Shown here piece by piece: positions 42,502-56,389 of a stretch of DNA of 64,000 bases. A model generated the notes under the pieces. It was not told the DNA's origin. It searched no databases and was given only the letters and a program-made list of their open reading frames with translations. How positions within the stretch are numbered: the first letter of the stretch is position 1; each line of letters begins with the position of its first letter. The translations under genes were made by a program, and so were the position numbers. Source of the DNA: Eledone cirrhosa (lineage: Eukaryota); assembly GCA_964016885.1 (NCBI GenBank), contig OZ024765.1, positions 21,266,001 to 21,330,000 on the forward strand, read 5' to 3'.

Positions 42502-45459
42502 TCTATATATCTAAAACAGAGAATGTCTGTCTGTCTGACTCCCTAAAACTCGAGAAACACCCAACCGATTATTTTCAAACTTTACACATGTAATATTTAT
42601 GGTCTTGTAAGTATTTTAAGTAAAAGAAATTTTAAATTTTAAAATTTTCAATGCCCTAGGGACCACATTAAACGATTTAGCGATCTCTCTCTATAATTCT
42701 TAGGCTTTCTTTTAAGATAGATACATAGATATAACGTTGCGCCCTTATAATATCTGTCTGTATGTCTGGCTGTCTGCATTACGACATTATGACGTGGTGT
42801 GTGTGTTGGACATCTCTAGGATGGTTACACTGGGATACATGGTGAGCATGGTTACGGCTCAAGAAATGAAGAAGGAGTGAGACTTCTTAAATTTTGTGAT
42901 GCAAGTACACTGACTATTTGCAACACTAACTTCCAGAAACCTGCCAACAACCTAATAACCTACAAATCTGGCGAGCACATAAGCCAGATTGACTGCTTAC
43001 TAGTTAGGCAGCGGAACAGGCAGATGGTGTCAAATACCAAGGCATATCCTGGGAAAGAATGTACCCCACAGCATAGGTTAGTCGTTAATGATATCTCAGT
43101 AAGGAAGAGATGGAATGAGACATACAGGAAGGTGTGGAGAAGAAAGGTCTGGAAGCTAAAAGACCTTTCACTAAAATACAAATTTAGGAAAGCCCTTCAA
43201 GATGTGTATAACGAAAAAGAAGATGATTTAGAGTCATATGACATAGATAATAACTGGAATTTCTTATGTGACAACTTACTGCAGGCTACTGATGAAACTT
43301 GTGGCTGGAGCAGAGCTCTAACCAGACAGAAAGTGACCTGGTGGTGGAACAGCACAGTAGATAGGGCCATTATAGACAAAAGACAAGCATGGAAGGCTTG
43401 GAAAAAGGGTGGCAGTAGGGAAGAATATACAGCCGCTAAGAGAGAAGCTAGACGTCAGGTGTACTTAGCATGCAGGGAGGCTGAGAGTAGGAGGTTTGCC
43501 AATGTTCTGCGACGGGAAGATCAGAGGCGTGCGGTGTTCCACATTTCAAGACAGTGTGTCAATGCAAATCAGGATGTTATTGGAGATAAATGTGTCTGGA
43601 ATGATGTCGGTGTACTTAGTGTCACGAATGATCAGAAAAAGGAGGCCTGGAAATGTCATTATGAGAGACTGATGAATGTGGAGAACGAATGGGAGAGAGA
43701 GAAATTACCCTCAGTAGATCCGACAGAGGGACCAGCTATTGAGATTGACGAATATAGGGTCAAAGAGGTGATTAAGGAAATGAAAAATGGTAAGGCTGCT
43801 GGACCATCGGGGATAGTTGCTGAGATGCTGAAGGCATCAGGGGACGTAGGCACTAAACTGGTTGCACGCATCATCAATCAGGCTATATATGGTGGTGTCA
43901 TACCCAAAGACTGGTGCAGCAGTATTCTCATAAATTGCTACAAAGGTAAAGGGGATGCTCTGGAGAGGAGCAATTATAGGGGTATAAAACTGATGGATCA
44001 GGTTATGAAAGTGGCAGAAAGGATATTAACACAACTAATTAGAGAAAGCATCAAACTAGATGAGATGCAGTTTGGTTTTGTGCCTGGGAAGAGTACAACA
44101 GAGCCCTCTTCTTGGTGAGACTATTGCAAGAGAGGTTCTTAGAGGAAAATAAGCCACTATACTTAGCCTTTGTTGACCTAGAGAAGGCCTTTGATAGGGT
44201 ACCCCGATCTGTCATCTGGTGGTCCTTAAGGAAACTAGGTGTTGAGGAATAGCTTGTGAGGACAGTGCAAACTTTGTACAGAGGTACTGTCAGTAAAGTC
44301 AGGGTAGGAAGGGAGTTTAGTGAGCAATTCCAGATACAAGTAGGAGTACATCAAGGTTCGGTCCTCAGCCCGCTCTTGTTCATTATAGTCCTCCAAGCCA
44401 TAACAGAGGAGTTTAAGACTGGCTGTCCATGGGAACTTCTCTATGCTTATGATCTGGTTTTTATAGAAGAATCAGTAGAGGAGCTAGAGAATAAATTCTG
44501 GCTATGGAAACAGCAGTTGGAAGCAAGAGGACTGAGAGTGAACCTAGCTAAGACAAAAATGTTGATGAGTAGAAAAGAGGACAAAACTCTGATTCCATCA
44601 GGGAAATGGCCATGTTCGATATGCAGAAAAGGAACTGGCATAAATTCTATAAAATGCACACAATGCAGATCCTGGGTGCTATAGAAGTGGTGGATAGCTT
44701 CCGGTACCTAGGAGATCAGATTAGCATGGGAGGGGGGGGGGGGTTCCGAGGCCATATTATCTAGAATAAGGACAGGTTGGAAGAAGTTTAGGGAGCTGCT
44801 TCCTCCGCTGACGAAGAAGGGTTTCTCCTTGCGTATGAAAGGCCGGTTATATGATGCCTGTGTAATGAGCGCGATGCTGCATGGTAGTGAGACATGGGCA
44901 GCAACTGCAGAGGATATGCGATGGCTGGAGAGAAATGAGGCAAGCATGCTCCATTGGATGTGCAATGTCAATGTGCGTGAACGACCCAGCATAAATGTGT
45001 TGAGAGAGAAACTGTGTCTGAGAGGGATAGAATGTAGTGTACGGGAGAGGAGACTGCGGTGGTATGGACATGTGATGCGCATGGAGGTTGACCGATGGGT
45101 GAAGTAGTGCCAGGAAATGCTAGTTGAAGGAAGACGTGGTAGAGGTAGACCACGAAAAACATGGGCGGAGGTGGCGAGAACAGACCTCAGATTGCTGAAG
45201 CTCACGGTGGAGATGATGAAGGACCGTGACAAGTGGAGAGATGCTGTGCTGAATAAGACCCGTCCCACCCTTGCAAGCAGGGAAAAGTGGACGTAAAATG
45301 ATGATGATGATGATATATTCGTGTACAGATATTTTTGCCTACACAATAACAAAATATAAACAAATGTATTTATTTCACAAGGCTCGATAAGGATAAATAT
45401 ATATCAAATATATAAGAAACCTAGAGCAAATCCTGAGCAACGCCGGGCCATTCTGCTAG
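42502..45459 (+). mobile_element. non-autonomous Helitron-like element split by an RTE insertion
   Basis: A|TCTATATATCTAAAA..GTCTGTCTGTCT 5' end; 3' end GAGCAACGCCGGG..CTGCTAG|T; no TSD. Confidence 0.7.
42805..45313 (+). mobile_element. 5'-truncated, disrupted RTE-clade LINE
   Basis: APE C-terminus (HGYGSRNEEG, SQIDCLL, QHRLV) and RT motifs with frameshifts/stops. Ends [13 protein letters not shown] then (ATG)n. Confidence 0.93.
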
Positions 45460-45981
45460 TATACTATATACTATAGCAGTTATATAACTGTATACTATCA
45501 GACAATATATATAGGTTCGATTAGACTGTCTTCTTTGGAAACGATCGTAAAATGACATGAATAAGTAAAATAACTTGACTTTGTTGTTATTATTTTAATT
45601 GTTAAATTAATATCTAATATCTGACTCTGTATCTAAAAAATTAACTCGGCGGAACAGGGAACCTTTCTATGGATTTCACTGGATTACTGGCCATCAGATT
45701 ACATTGAGTTCTATCTATGGTATGGACCCTACCACCCAGGGTAGACCACACTAAAAAAAATAAAATATATATATATATATCTCACACATGTTATACACAC
45801 CACGCATCTCAACGTACACCCACTTACATCTCTCTCTCCACCACCGGACCTTGTTACCCGGAGATTTACCCATTTGCATTGTCGAGGCTTCCAAACGACT
45901 TAAAGATATATAGTATATATAGTATATATAGTATGTATGTATGATAACATTTTTGGTCAAAATATTTTGAATTATTTCCAG

Positions 45982-46150
45982 TTGCTCGACAGATCTTCAA
46001 ATTCTGGAGGGATTCCATGGAGTCGACCAAGATGGTTCCATTGCCCAGACCAACCTGTTTCAGGTGTTTAAGTTTACAACAAGCAACACACTTTATTTCA
46101 CCTGTAAACTAGATTTTTGTTATGTTCATAAAGACCCATTTTGTGCTGGG
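45982..46150 (+). CDS. ZP-domain protein exon C
   Basis: atttccag| acceptor and |gtaagt donor. Reads CSTDLQILEGFHGVDQDGSIAQTNLFQVFKFTTSNTLYFTCKLDFCYVHKDPFCAG, the ZP-C FxxFxF..YFxC..C..C signature. Confidence 0.9.
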
Positions 46151-46177
46151 GTAAGTATAATGGTCACCTCATTGTCT

Positions 46178-48190
46178 TCTTCTTCACCCACTTATTCCTG
46201 AGAGGGTCGTAGGAGGGGCAGAGTCCTCAAACACTCCTTCCAGAGTGTCTTGTCAGAAGCAACCGTCTCCAACGGATCCGGTTGGATTCCCAAGCAAGAC
46301 CAGCCAAGCTCATGGATGTTATCCAACCATATTGCTCAGGGTCTACCCTGGATCTCCTGCCAGTTGGTTTTGCCCATAAAAATTGTCCAGAGATTCTTTC
46401 CTGGGACATTCTAACCACATGTCCATAGTATCAGAGCTGTGATCTCTCAATTCGGAGATTCTTTCCTGAGTCATTCTAACCACATGTCTGTAGTATCAGA
46501 GCTGTGATCTCTCAATTCGGAGATTCTTTCCTCAGACATTCTAACCTCATGTCTGTAGTATCAGAGCTGTGATCTCTTAATCCAGAGATTCTTTCCTGAG
46601 ACATTCTAACCACATGTCCATAGTATCAGAGCTGTGATCTCTCAATTCGGAGATTCTTTCCTGAGTCATTCTAACCACATGTCTGTAGTATCAGAGCTGT
46701 GATCTCTCAATTCGGAGATTCTTTCCTGAGTCATTCTAACCACATGTCTGTAGTATCAGAGCTGTGATCTCTTAATCCAGAGATTCTTTCCTGAGACATT
46801 CTAACCACATGTCCATAGTATCAGAGCTGTGATCTCTCAATTCGGAGATTCTTTCCTGAGTCATTCTAACCACATGTCTGTAGTATCAGAGCTGTGATCT
46901 CTCAATTCGGAGATTCTTTCCTGAGTCATTCTAACCACATGTCTGTAGTATCAGAGCTGTGATCTCTTAATCCAGAGATTCTTTCCTGAGACATTCTAAC
47001 CACATGTCCATAGTATCAGAGCTGTGATCTCTCAATTCGGAGATTCTTTCCTGAGTCATTCTAACCACATGTCTGTAGTATCAGAGCTGTGATCTCTCAA
47101 TTCGGAGATTCTTTCCTGAGTCATTCTAACCACATGTCTGTAGTATCAGAGCTGTGATCTCTTAATCCAGAGATTCTTTCCTGAGACATTCTAACCACAT
47201 GTCCATAGTATCAGAGCTGTGATCTCTCAATTCGGAGATTCTTTCCTGAGTCATTCTAACCACATGTCTGTAGTATCAGAGCTGTGATCTCTTAATCCAG
47301 AGATTCTTTCCTGAGACATTCTAACCACATGTCCATAGTATCAGAGCTGTGATCTCTCAATTCGGAGATTCTTTCCTGAGTCATTCTAACCACATGTCTG
47401 TAGTATCAGAGCTGTGATCTCTCAATTCGGAGATTCTTTCCTGAGTCATTCTAACCACATGTCTGTAGTATCAGAGCTGTGATCTCTTAATCCAGAGATT
47501 CTTTCCTGAGACATTCTAACCACATGTCCATAGTATCAGAGCTGTGATCTCTCAATTCGGAGATTCTTTCCTGAGTCATTCTAACCACATGTCTGTAGTA
47601 TCAGAGCTGTGATCTCTCAATTCGGAGATTCTTTCCTGAGTCATTCTAACCACATGTCTGTAGTATCAGAGCTGTGATCTCTTAATCCAGAGATTCTTTC
47701 CTGGGACATTCTAACCACATGTCCATAGTATCAGAGCTGTGATCTCTCAATTTGGAGATTCTTTCCTGAGTCATTCTAACCACATGTCTGTAGTATCAGA
47801 GCTGTGATCTCTCAATTCAGAGATTCTTTCCTGAGACATTCTAACCACATGTCTGTAGTATCAGAGCTGTGATCTCTCAATTCGGAGATTCTTTCCTGAG
47901 ACATTCTAACCACATGTCTGTAGTATCAGAGCTGTGATCTCTCAATTCGGAGAAGTAGCAGCTCTACCTGGAGTGACTCTCTGATCTCCGAGTTACACAC
48001 TATATCAAGTATCATTACTCTAAAAACCCTTCAGAGGAATCCCATTTCTTTGGCTTGTATTCTTTCAATCATTACCCAAGATTCATAGCCATAGTAAGGG
48101 TTGGTGCGAATACCAAATTGAAGATAGTGAGTTTGGCTTTTACACCTACGTCCCTCCTGATGGCTGTTACAGCAACCTCCCTTCTTATGG
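46178..48190 (-). mobile_element. decayed RTE-like LINE 3' fragment containing a 65-bp satellite
   Basis: Minus-strand remnants LLLRIERSQL*YYGHVVRMSQER..AKPTGRR flank and form the array. Confidence 0.7.
46390..47952. repeat. 65-bp tandem array (~24 copies)
   Basis: GATCTCT recurs at 46441, 46506, 46571; variants mostly cycle in 3-mers. Confidence 0.95.
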
Positions 48191-48467
48191 CTGTTACACC
48201 TACCTCCCCCCCTTCTTCTGACACATATTTAAATATGTAAATAAGAATAAGATATTCACTATGTTTCCTTTCAAGCTATGTTTCATGTGAACAGAAAAAC
48301 AACTGACAAAACTGAACGTAGAGAAAACAAATGCATCTGTTTGCCTAAAATAGAATTATTTATGGAGAATATGATACAGAGACAGATATGTAATAACTAA
48401 TGAGATATTCAAGAAGCAGGTACAATGTTGTAGAGCAATATGTATATATATATATTAAATATATATA

Positions 48468-48519
48468 TACAAGGGTAATCCCAAAAGTAAGGTCTCAAAA
48501 GTGATGGGGACGCAGAGAA

Positions 48520-48555
<36 letters not shown>

Positions 48556-48961
48556 TATATATATACAAGGGTAATCCCAAAAGTAAGGTCTCCAAAGTGA
48601 TGGGGATGCAGAGAAACTGTTCGTACGGCTGTTGGCAACACTGTTGTGATTGGTGCTTCCTTCACTCCCCAACAAGCACGCGCGCGCTTCGCTGGGATGC
48701 TCCATCTTGGCTTGGCAGCCATTGAGAATGGAGCTCCTGTTGAACGCTACCGCAACCAAGTGCGAAATTCGCGCAGTTATTATATAGAGGGCAATCCCAA
48801 AAATAAGGTCTCCTTCCGAGGAAAACATGTGTAAAGATCGGCGGATCACTCTGGATGCTCTCTGCATTTTGGTTCCTGAGGTTTCCCGAAGCACCATCCA
48901 CAGGATTTTAATGGAAAAGTTGCAATATCGGAAGGAGACCTTACTTTTGGGATTGCCCTCG
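48468..48961 (+). mobile_element. mariner-derived deleted element with reiterated left TIRs
   Basis: TIR CAAGGGTAATCCCAAAAGTAAGGTCTC at ~48468, 48566 and ~48786; inverted at 48934-48961. TA flanks. HTH remnant DRRITLDAL..VSRSTIHRILMEKLQYRK. Confidence 0.8.
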
Positions 48962-49204
48962 TATATATATATTAGGTATAACAAAGTTTTAGCTGTTGTA
49001 CAGCAAGTATTATTCGATTTCTTTGAGGCAATCATAAAACACTCAATAGAACAAAAGTTAAAAACATTAGGTCCAGAGTAAACAACCGGTGCGTACAATG
49101 ACTCACGTTCTATGCAAATTAGTCTACCCACTACTAATTTTCATAGAAAAAGCATATAACGATATGTGCTTTTACAATTCTCCAGAGAAGCCGGAAGATG
49201 GGTA

Positions 49205-49249
49205 AATATTGCTGATGAGATGTAATAACATCGAAACTAGTCCAATGTT
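49205..49249 (+). ncRNA. minimal type I hammerhead motif, canonical core
   Basis: AATATTG-CTGATGA-GATGT-aata-ACATC-GAAA-CTAG-TC-CAATGTT; GUC triplet and palindromic helix III. Confidence 0.85.
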
Positions 49250-49654
49250 CCTGTCTGGCCCTCTGGAGAATAGAGGAAATGTGTTTCCTTGAAAACTCGT
49301 ATGACTCTAAAACCCGGTCCGCCTGTGTGGTTACATACAGACTAGCTGACACTCACTGTAAAGTGTCTAGTGAAAAGCTGAGTACATGTACATATGTATA
49401 CATGTGTGTATTTATATGCATACTAATACTTCCGTATACATATGTAGATGTACACTTTAACTTAATTGTATATAATATATATTTATATATATAAATAGAA
49501 AGAGTGAAGAATAACATGGTCAACAGTACAAAAAAGGTTTTATTTACAGTCTGACAATTGTTTCACTGATTATCCATAATACGAAGTATTCATAATCTCT
49601 AACGGGATTACCTATAACAATCTTTTGTTATCTCTTTATATATATATATATATC

Positions 49655-49778
49655 TATCTAAGGCGGGTAAAATTCCCGAGATCCATGGACGAGTTCTCTC
49701 CAGCGGTCTCTGTCCCTCATTATCGCTGCCATGTCCTGCATCTCCAACAGACCAGCGTCTGTCCTTAGGAAGACCAAG
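49655..49778 (-). mobile_element. tiny 3'-terminal fragment of an RTE-like LINE
   Basis: ...[16 protein letters not shown]-terminal motif. Confidence 0.5.
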
Positions 49779-49836
49779 GTTAACATATACATAAATATAA
49801 ATATATATATAAAAATATATATATATATATATATAA

Positions 49837-49891
<55 letters not shown>

Positions 49892-49933
49892 AATATATAT
49901 ATATAAATATATATATATAAATATATATATATA

Positions 49934-50035
<102 letters not shown>

Positions 50036-50036
50036 A

Positions 50037-50069
<33 letters not shown>

Positions 50070-50077
50070 AATATATA

Positions 50078-50600
<523 letters not shown>

Positions 50601-50603
50601 AAT

Positions 50604-50660
<57 letters not shown>

Positions 50661-50676
50661 AATATATATAAATATA

Positions 50677-50784
<108 letters not shown>

Positions 50785-50815
50785 AATATATATAAATATA
50801 AATATATATATATAA

Positions 50816-50912
<97 letters not shown>

Positions 50913-50913
50913 A

Positions 50914-50948
<35 letters not shown>

Positions 50949-51114
50949 AATATAGATTTTGATTATATTTTGAGTATATGTTGGTTGTATACCAACACCT
51001 CAGTATGCAGGCTGGAGCACTCGACGAAGTGCGCAGGTTGGTTTGGTTACTCCGGAGTAATGTAAAATAAAGTTAAATAAAAAGTCAAATGTTTAAAATT
51101 TAGCTTCATTTATT

Positions 51115-51169
51115 ACTGCTATATATATTTCAGTGACAGCCATCTTTGGCTGTGACCTCTTCAGGCAGT
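51115..51169 (-). ncRNA. type I hammerhead motif
   Basis: Reverse complement ACTGC-CTGAAGA-GGTcACAGCCA-aaga-TGGCTGTcACT-GAAA-TATATA-TA-GCAGT. Confidence 0.8.
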
Positions 51170-51177
51170 TTGAATTA

Positions 51178-51405
51178 GTGTGGTAGAGACGAGTACATAT
51201 GTTGTTGAGGTGTATAATATTGTCAATACTCTGATATGCCCAGTTCCTGGTTGGATTGTTATTTCACTGAGGAACTGGAATTATATATAAATATTTATAT
51301 ATAATTCCAGTTCCCCAGTGAAATAACAATCCAACCAGGAACTGGACATATCAGAGTATTGACAATATTATACACCTCAACAACATATGTACTTGTCTAT
51401 ACCAC
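51178..51405. repeat. ~225-bp near-perfect palindrome adjoining the hammerhead
   Basis: Arms pair around ATAAAT|ATTTAT (~51292). Confidence 0.9.
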
Positions 51406-51797
51406 ATATATTATATATATACATATTATATATATATATATATACATATTATATATATATATATATACATATTATATATATATATATATACATATTATAT
51501 ATATATATACATATTATATATATATATATATATACATATTATATATATATATATATACATATTATATATATATATACATATTATATATATATATATATAC
51601 ATATTATATATATATATATACATATTATATATATACATATTATATATATACATATTATATATATACATATTATATATATATATATATATTTATACATATT
51701 ATATATTATATATATATATTTATATATATATATATATATTTATACATATTATATATTTATATATATATTTATATATATATATATTTATATATATATT

Positions 51798-51830
<33 letters not shown>

Positions 51831-51859
51831 TTATATATTATGATTGGCAGTATCAATAG

Positions 51860-52020
51860 AGGGCCGGATACCATGGTTTCCAGCATAGTTACGTCCCTTT
51901 AATATCCGAGTTCAAATCCCGCCGAGGTTGACTTTGCCTTTCATCCTTACGGGGTCGATAAAATAAAGAACCAGTAATGTACTGGGTAATTGCTGGCCTT
52001 GTGCCTAAAGTAGAAACAAT
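51860..52020 (+). mobile_element. Meta-domain-like tRNA SINE
   Basis: B-box GAGTTCAAATCC then GACTTTGCCTTTCATCCTTACGGGGTCGATAAAATAAAG. Confidence 0.7.
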
Positions 52021-52059
52021 TATATATATATATTATATATATACATATTATATATATAT

Positions 52060-53394
52060 ATCATCATCATCATCATCATTGTTTAACGTCCATCTTCCAC
52101 ACTAGCATGGGTTAGACGGGAGTTGTCTCACTTGAGGTAAGGTTGGTCGGGTGACCATGTCTCGCTAATATAGGACTATCTGGCAGGTCTTCTACGGCTG
52201 GATGCTTTTTACCATGTTACCTACACGGCCACATTACAGCGTGGACTGTGTGTTTTCTTGTGACACCTACATGATCTCGATATCGATCTCATTTCTATGG
52301 ACTGGATGTTGTGGTACCAACTTTATAGAGAGAGGGTGGTGTTGGTGGGAGTGGGAGGATAGAGTAGTGGATTGGGGTGTATATTTGGTTAAGAGGCACC
52401 TACTGACTGTAGGTTTCACTTTGAACATAGGCAAGGCGGGTCTTCTGTATTACTGCGTAGCACCAAAGATCTCGGTCCAGTGACATTGTCTTAGAGAGGT
52501 GCAAGTGTGTAAGGTCAGAATTTATCAAATCGTCCCAGGTTTTTCAGGGTCTGCCTACTCCATAGCTACCATCAATTTTGATTGCCCTGCACTTTTTTAT
52601 ACAGCTGTCGTCTTTCATGCGCATCACGTGACCATACCAACGAGTAAACAACATCTGATCCCTCTTATTCCTAATTTCTCACTTAGTTCATTTATGCTTT
52701 GCCGTTCGCGTATATTACTATTACACATCCAACGGAGCATGCAAGCTTCGTTCCTCTCCAGTCTGCGCAGATCCTCTGCACGTAATGTCTCACTGCCATG
52801 TAACATTGCTGTTCGTATGGAGGCATCATACATCATACAATCTGCCCTTCATTTTTAGAGAGAACCCTTTAGCGGCCAATAGTGGTATAAGCTCTCTGAA
52901 CTTTTTCCATCCTGTTCTGACTCTAGCTGCTGTACTTTCAGAGCACCCTCCACCACTGCTGATTTCATCACCCAGGTAACGGAAAGTGTCCACTATTTCT
53001 ATAGAACCATCTGTGCAATGGAATGAGCTAGTATCCTGTGGACACTTGCTGCTACTTATTGCACCTGAGCATCGGCCACATATAAAGTCTACATTCTTAG
53101 TTAGCTTACCTGTGATCCCACTACATCTTTTATGTACCCATAGATTGCATTTGGGACATAAAATGGAGTTTCTACCTACTCCTTTCCTACACACTGAGCA
53201 TGGCCATTTCCCAGATGGGACCAGTGCCTTATTTTCCTTCCTACAAACTAGAACTTTAGTCTTAGACAAGTTAACTTTAAGGCCTTTTGATTCTAGGCCA
53301 TGCTTCCATGTTTGGAATTTCTTGTCTAGTTCACCCATAGATTCAGCTATGAGCGGTAGATCATCTGCGTATAGGAGTTCCCATGGGCTGCCGG
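52060..53394 (-). mobile_element. 5'-truncated RTE LINE (same family as 37876-40485) with the same long 3' UTR
   Basis: [38 protein letters not shown]; frameshifted. Confidence 0.92.
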
Positions 53395-53980
53395 ATATAT
53401 ACATATATATACATATGTATATATATGTATACATATATATTCATACACACATATGTATACATATACATACATACATACATATACATATGTACACACATAC
53501 ACATATACATACATACATATATACACATATACATACATACATATATACACATATACATACATACATACACACACATACATACACACACATACACACACAT
53601 ACACACATACACACACACATACATACACACACACACATACATACACACATACATACATACACACATACATACACACACACATACACACATACATACATAC
53701 ACACATACATACACACACACACACACACATACATACATACACACATACATACATACACACATACATACATACATACACACACATTCATACACACATACAT
53801 ACATACACACACACACATACATACACACACACATACATACATACACACACATACATACATACACACACACATTCATACACACACACATACATACACACAC
53901 ACACATACATACACACACACATACATACACACACATACATACACACACACATACATACATACATACATATACATATATAT
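53395..53980. repeat. (CA)n/CATA microsatellite
   Basis: Direct reading. Confidence 0.95.
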
Positions 53981-53997
53981 ACTGTGTCTTTATACAG

Positions 53998-54121
53998 AAT
54001 CATTGCCAGTCAAAGAAACATGGGAACAGGTTCAAACGGGATAATAGTGACAACAATACAGAGACAGCAGAGAATTTTATTTCCACTTTTGTACGTGTTT
54101 CCATGGGACCTAAAGCAAGTG
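53998..54121 (+). CDS. ZP-domain protein exon D (last Cys, furin site, EHP-like strand)
   Basis: tttatacag| acceptor and G|gtgagt donor. Reads NHCQSKKHGNRFKRDNSDNNTETAENFISTFVRVSMGPKAS; phase 0 to phase 1. Confidence 0.88.
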
Positions 54122-54697
54122 GTGAGTATATATATATACACATACATATACACACAAGCTACATGAGAGTCAATGCCCTTATTTTATCTCTGGCAGAGCC
54201 AGCTGTAACTCTATATGCAAATGTGGATGATCAGCCCATGTACATGGGCTTCTAAACTATATTTTGGCTTATATTAAGTTCCAACAGTAAGCGGTCTGCA
54301 GTACCTGTTTGATAACGACTAAAGTCAGAAATGATGACATCATCATTACTGGTTACCTGTACTTAGCTTCTGTTGGAACTCACTAGATGGTGCTATGCTG
54401 TCAATTTTCAAATTCATAGTGGAAGGCTTTCCAAATGTTTATTTATAACCATACCGTATATCGCCAGATATACAACTTCACGTATTTCATATAAAAACAC
54501 AACCACTTTACAGTGTCAACCGGGTGCTTTTTGTCGTGTCACCTACATGACCACATTACAGTGTGGACTGGGTGCTTTTTGTCGTGTCACCTACATAACT
54601 ACATTACAGTGTGTACTTGGAGCCTCTTTACTGTGAACGGAAATGGGTGGATGGAGTGTATATTGGGTTAAGAGGTGCCTACTGACTGTAGGTTTAA

Positions 54698-56271
54698 CCC
54701 TTTAGTGTTTACATTACTCTATATATACTTTGTATTTTCACAGTAAAGTCTTTACCTCACATAATATCTCACATAACATTTACATTACTCTATATATACT
54801 ATTGTATTTTCACAGTAAAGGCTTTACCTCACATAATATCTCACATAACATTTACATTACTCTATATATACTATTGTATTTTCACAGTAAAGGCTTTACC
54901 TCACATAATATCTCACATAACATTTACATTACTCTATATATACTATTGTATTTTCACAGTAAAGGCTTTACCTCACATAATATCTCACATAACATTTACA
55001 TTACTCTATATATACTATTGTATTTTCACAGTAAAGTCTTTACCTCACATAATATCTCACATAACATTTACATTACTCTATATATACTATTGTATTTTCA
55101 CAGTAAAGGCTTTACCTCACATAATATCTCACATAACATTTACATTACTCTATATATACTATTGTATTTTCACAGTAAAGGCTTTACCTCACATAATATC
55201 TCACATAACATTTACATTACTCTATATATACTATTGTATTTTCACAGTAAAGGCTTTACCTCACATAATATCTCACATAACATTTACATTACTCTATATA
55301 TACTATTGTATTTTCACAGTAAAGGCTTTACCTCACATAATATCTCACATAACATTTACATTACTCTATATATACTATTGTATTTTCACAGTAAAGGCTT
55401 TACCTCACATAATATCTCACATAACATTTACATTACTCTATATATACTATTGTATTTTCACAGTAAAGTCTTTACCTCACATAATATCTCACATAACATT
55501 TACATTACTCTATATATACTATTGTATTTTCACAGTAAAGGCTTTACCTCACATAATATCTCACATAACATTTACATTACTCTATATATACTATTGTATT
55601 TTCACAGTAAAGGCTTTACCTCACATAATATCTCACATAACATTTACATTACTCTATATATACTATTGTATTTTCACAGTAAAGGCTTTACCTCACATAA
55701 TATCTCACATAACATTTACATTACTCTATATATACTATTGTATTTTCACAGTAAAGGCTTTACCTCACATAATATCTCACATAACATTTACATTACTCTA
55801 TATATACTATTGTATTTTCACAGTAAAGTCTTTACCTCACATAATATCTCACATAACATTTACATTACTCTATATATACTATTGTATTTTCACAGTAAAG
55901 GCTTTACCTCACATAATATCTCACATAACATTTACATTACTCTATATATACTATTGTATTTTCACAGTAAAGGCTTTACCTCACATAATATCTCACATAA
56001 CATTTACTTTACTCTATATATACTATTGTATTTTCACAGTAAAGGCTTTACCTCACATAATATCTCACATAACATCTACATTACTCTATATATACTATTG
56101 TATGTTGTGGTAAAGGCTTTATCTCACATAGTTATCACACATAATATCAAATCTATGAGATGTTGATATTATTTATTTTGAGAACAAAACCTTAACATGA
56201 GAATGAGTGGCCAGTTACAGCTGGTTTGAACAGAATTCTGGCCAGATACGGCCGGTTTAAATACTAAAGGG
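54698..56271. mobile_element. non-autonomous piggyBac-type (TTAA) element filled by a 72-bp array
   Basis: TTAA|CCCTTTAGTGTTTA ... TAAATACTAAAGGG|TTAA. Confidence 0.8.
54708..56145. repeat. 72-bp tandem array (~20 near-identical copies)
   Basis: 24-codon periodicity in ORF 54730-56166. Confidence 0.97.
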
Positions 56272-56389
56272 TTAAGTTTGTATGCAAGGGAAGGTGGGTC
56301 TTCTATAGAACTGTATAACACCAAAGATCTCGATGCAGTGACATTGTCTTAGAGAAGTGATGATAATATATATTTTGTCTGTATTCCAG

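Larger units (their letters stand above)
54500..56358 (-). mobile_element. RTE 3' end/UTR fragment split by a piggyBac-like insertion
   Basis: 54500-54697 and 56272-56358 join to match ~52250-52500 (CTACTGACTGTAGGTTT..AAGGxGGGTCTTCT..CAGTGACATTGTCTTAGAGA). Confidence 0.8.

Noticed and set aside
54730-56166. 478-aa repeat protein, and MKDTVYVINPFITIFL ORFs at 58675-63810
   Set aside because: Satellite units of 72 and 48 bp are multiples of 3; they lie inside a MITE/satellite with sporadic stops.
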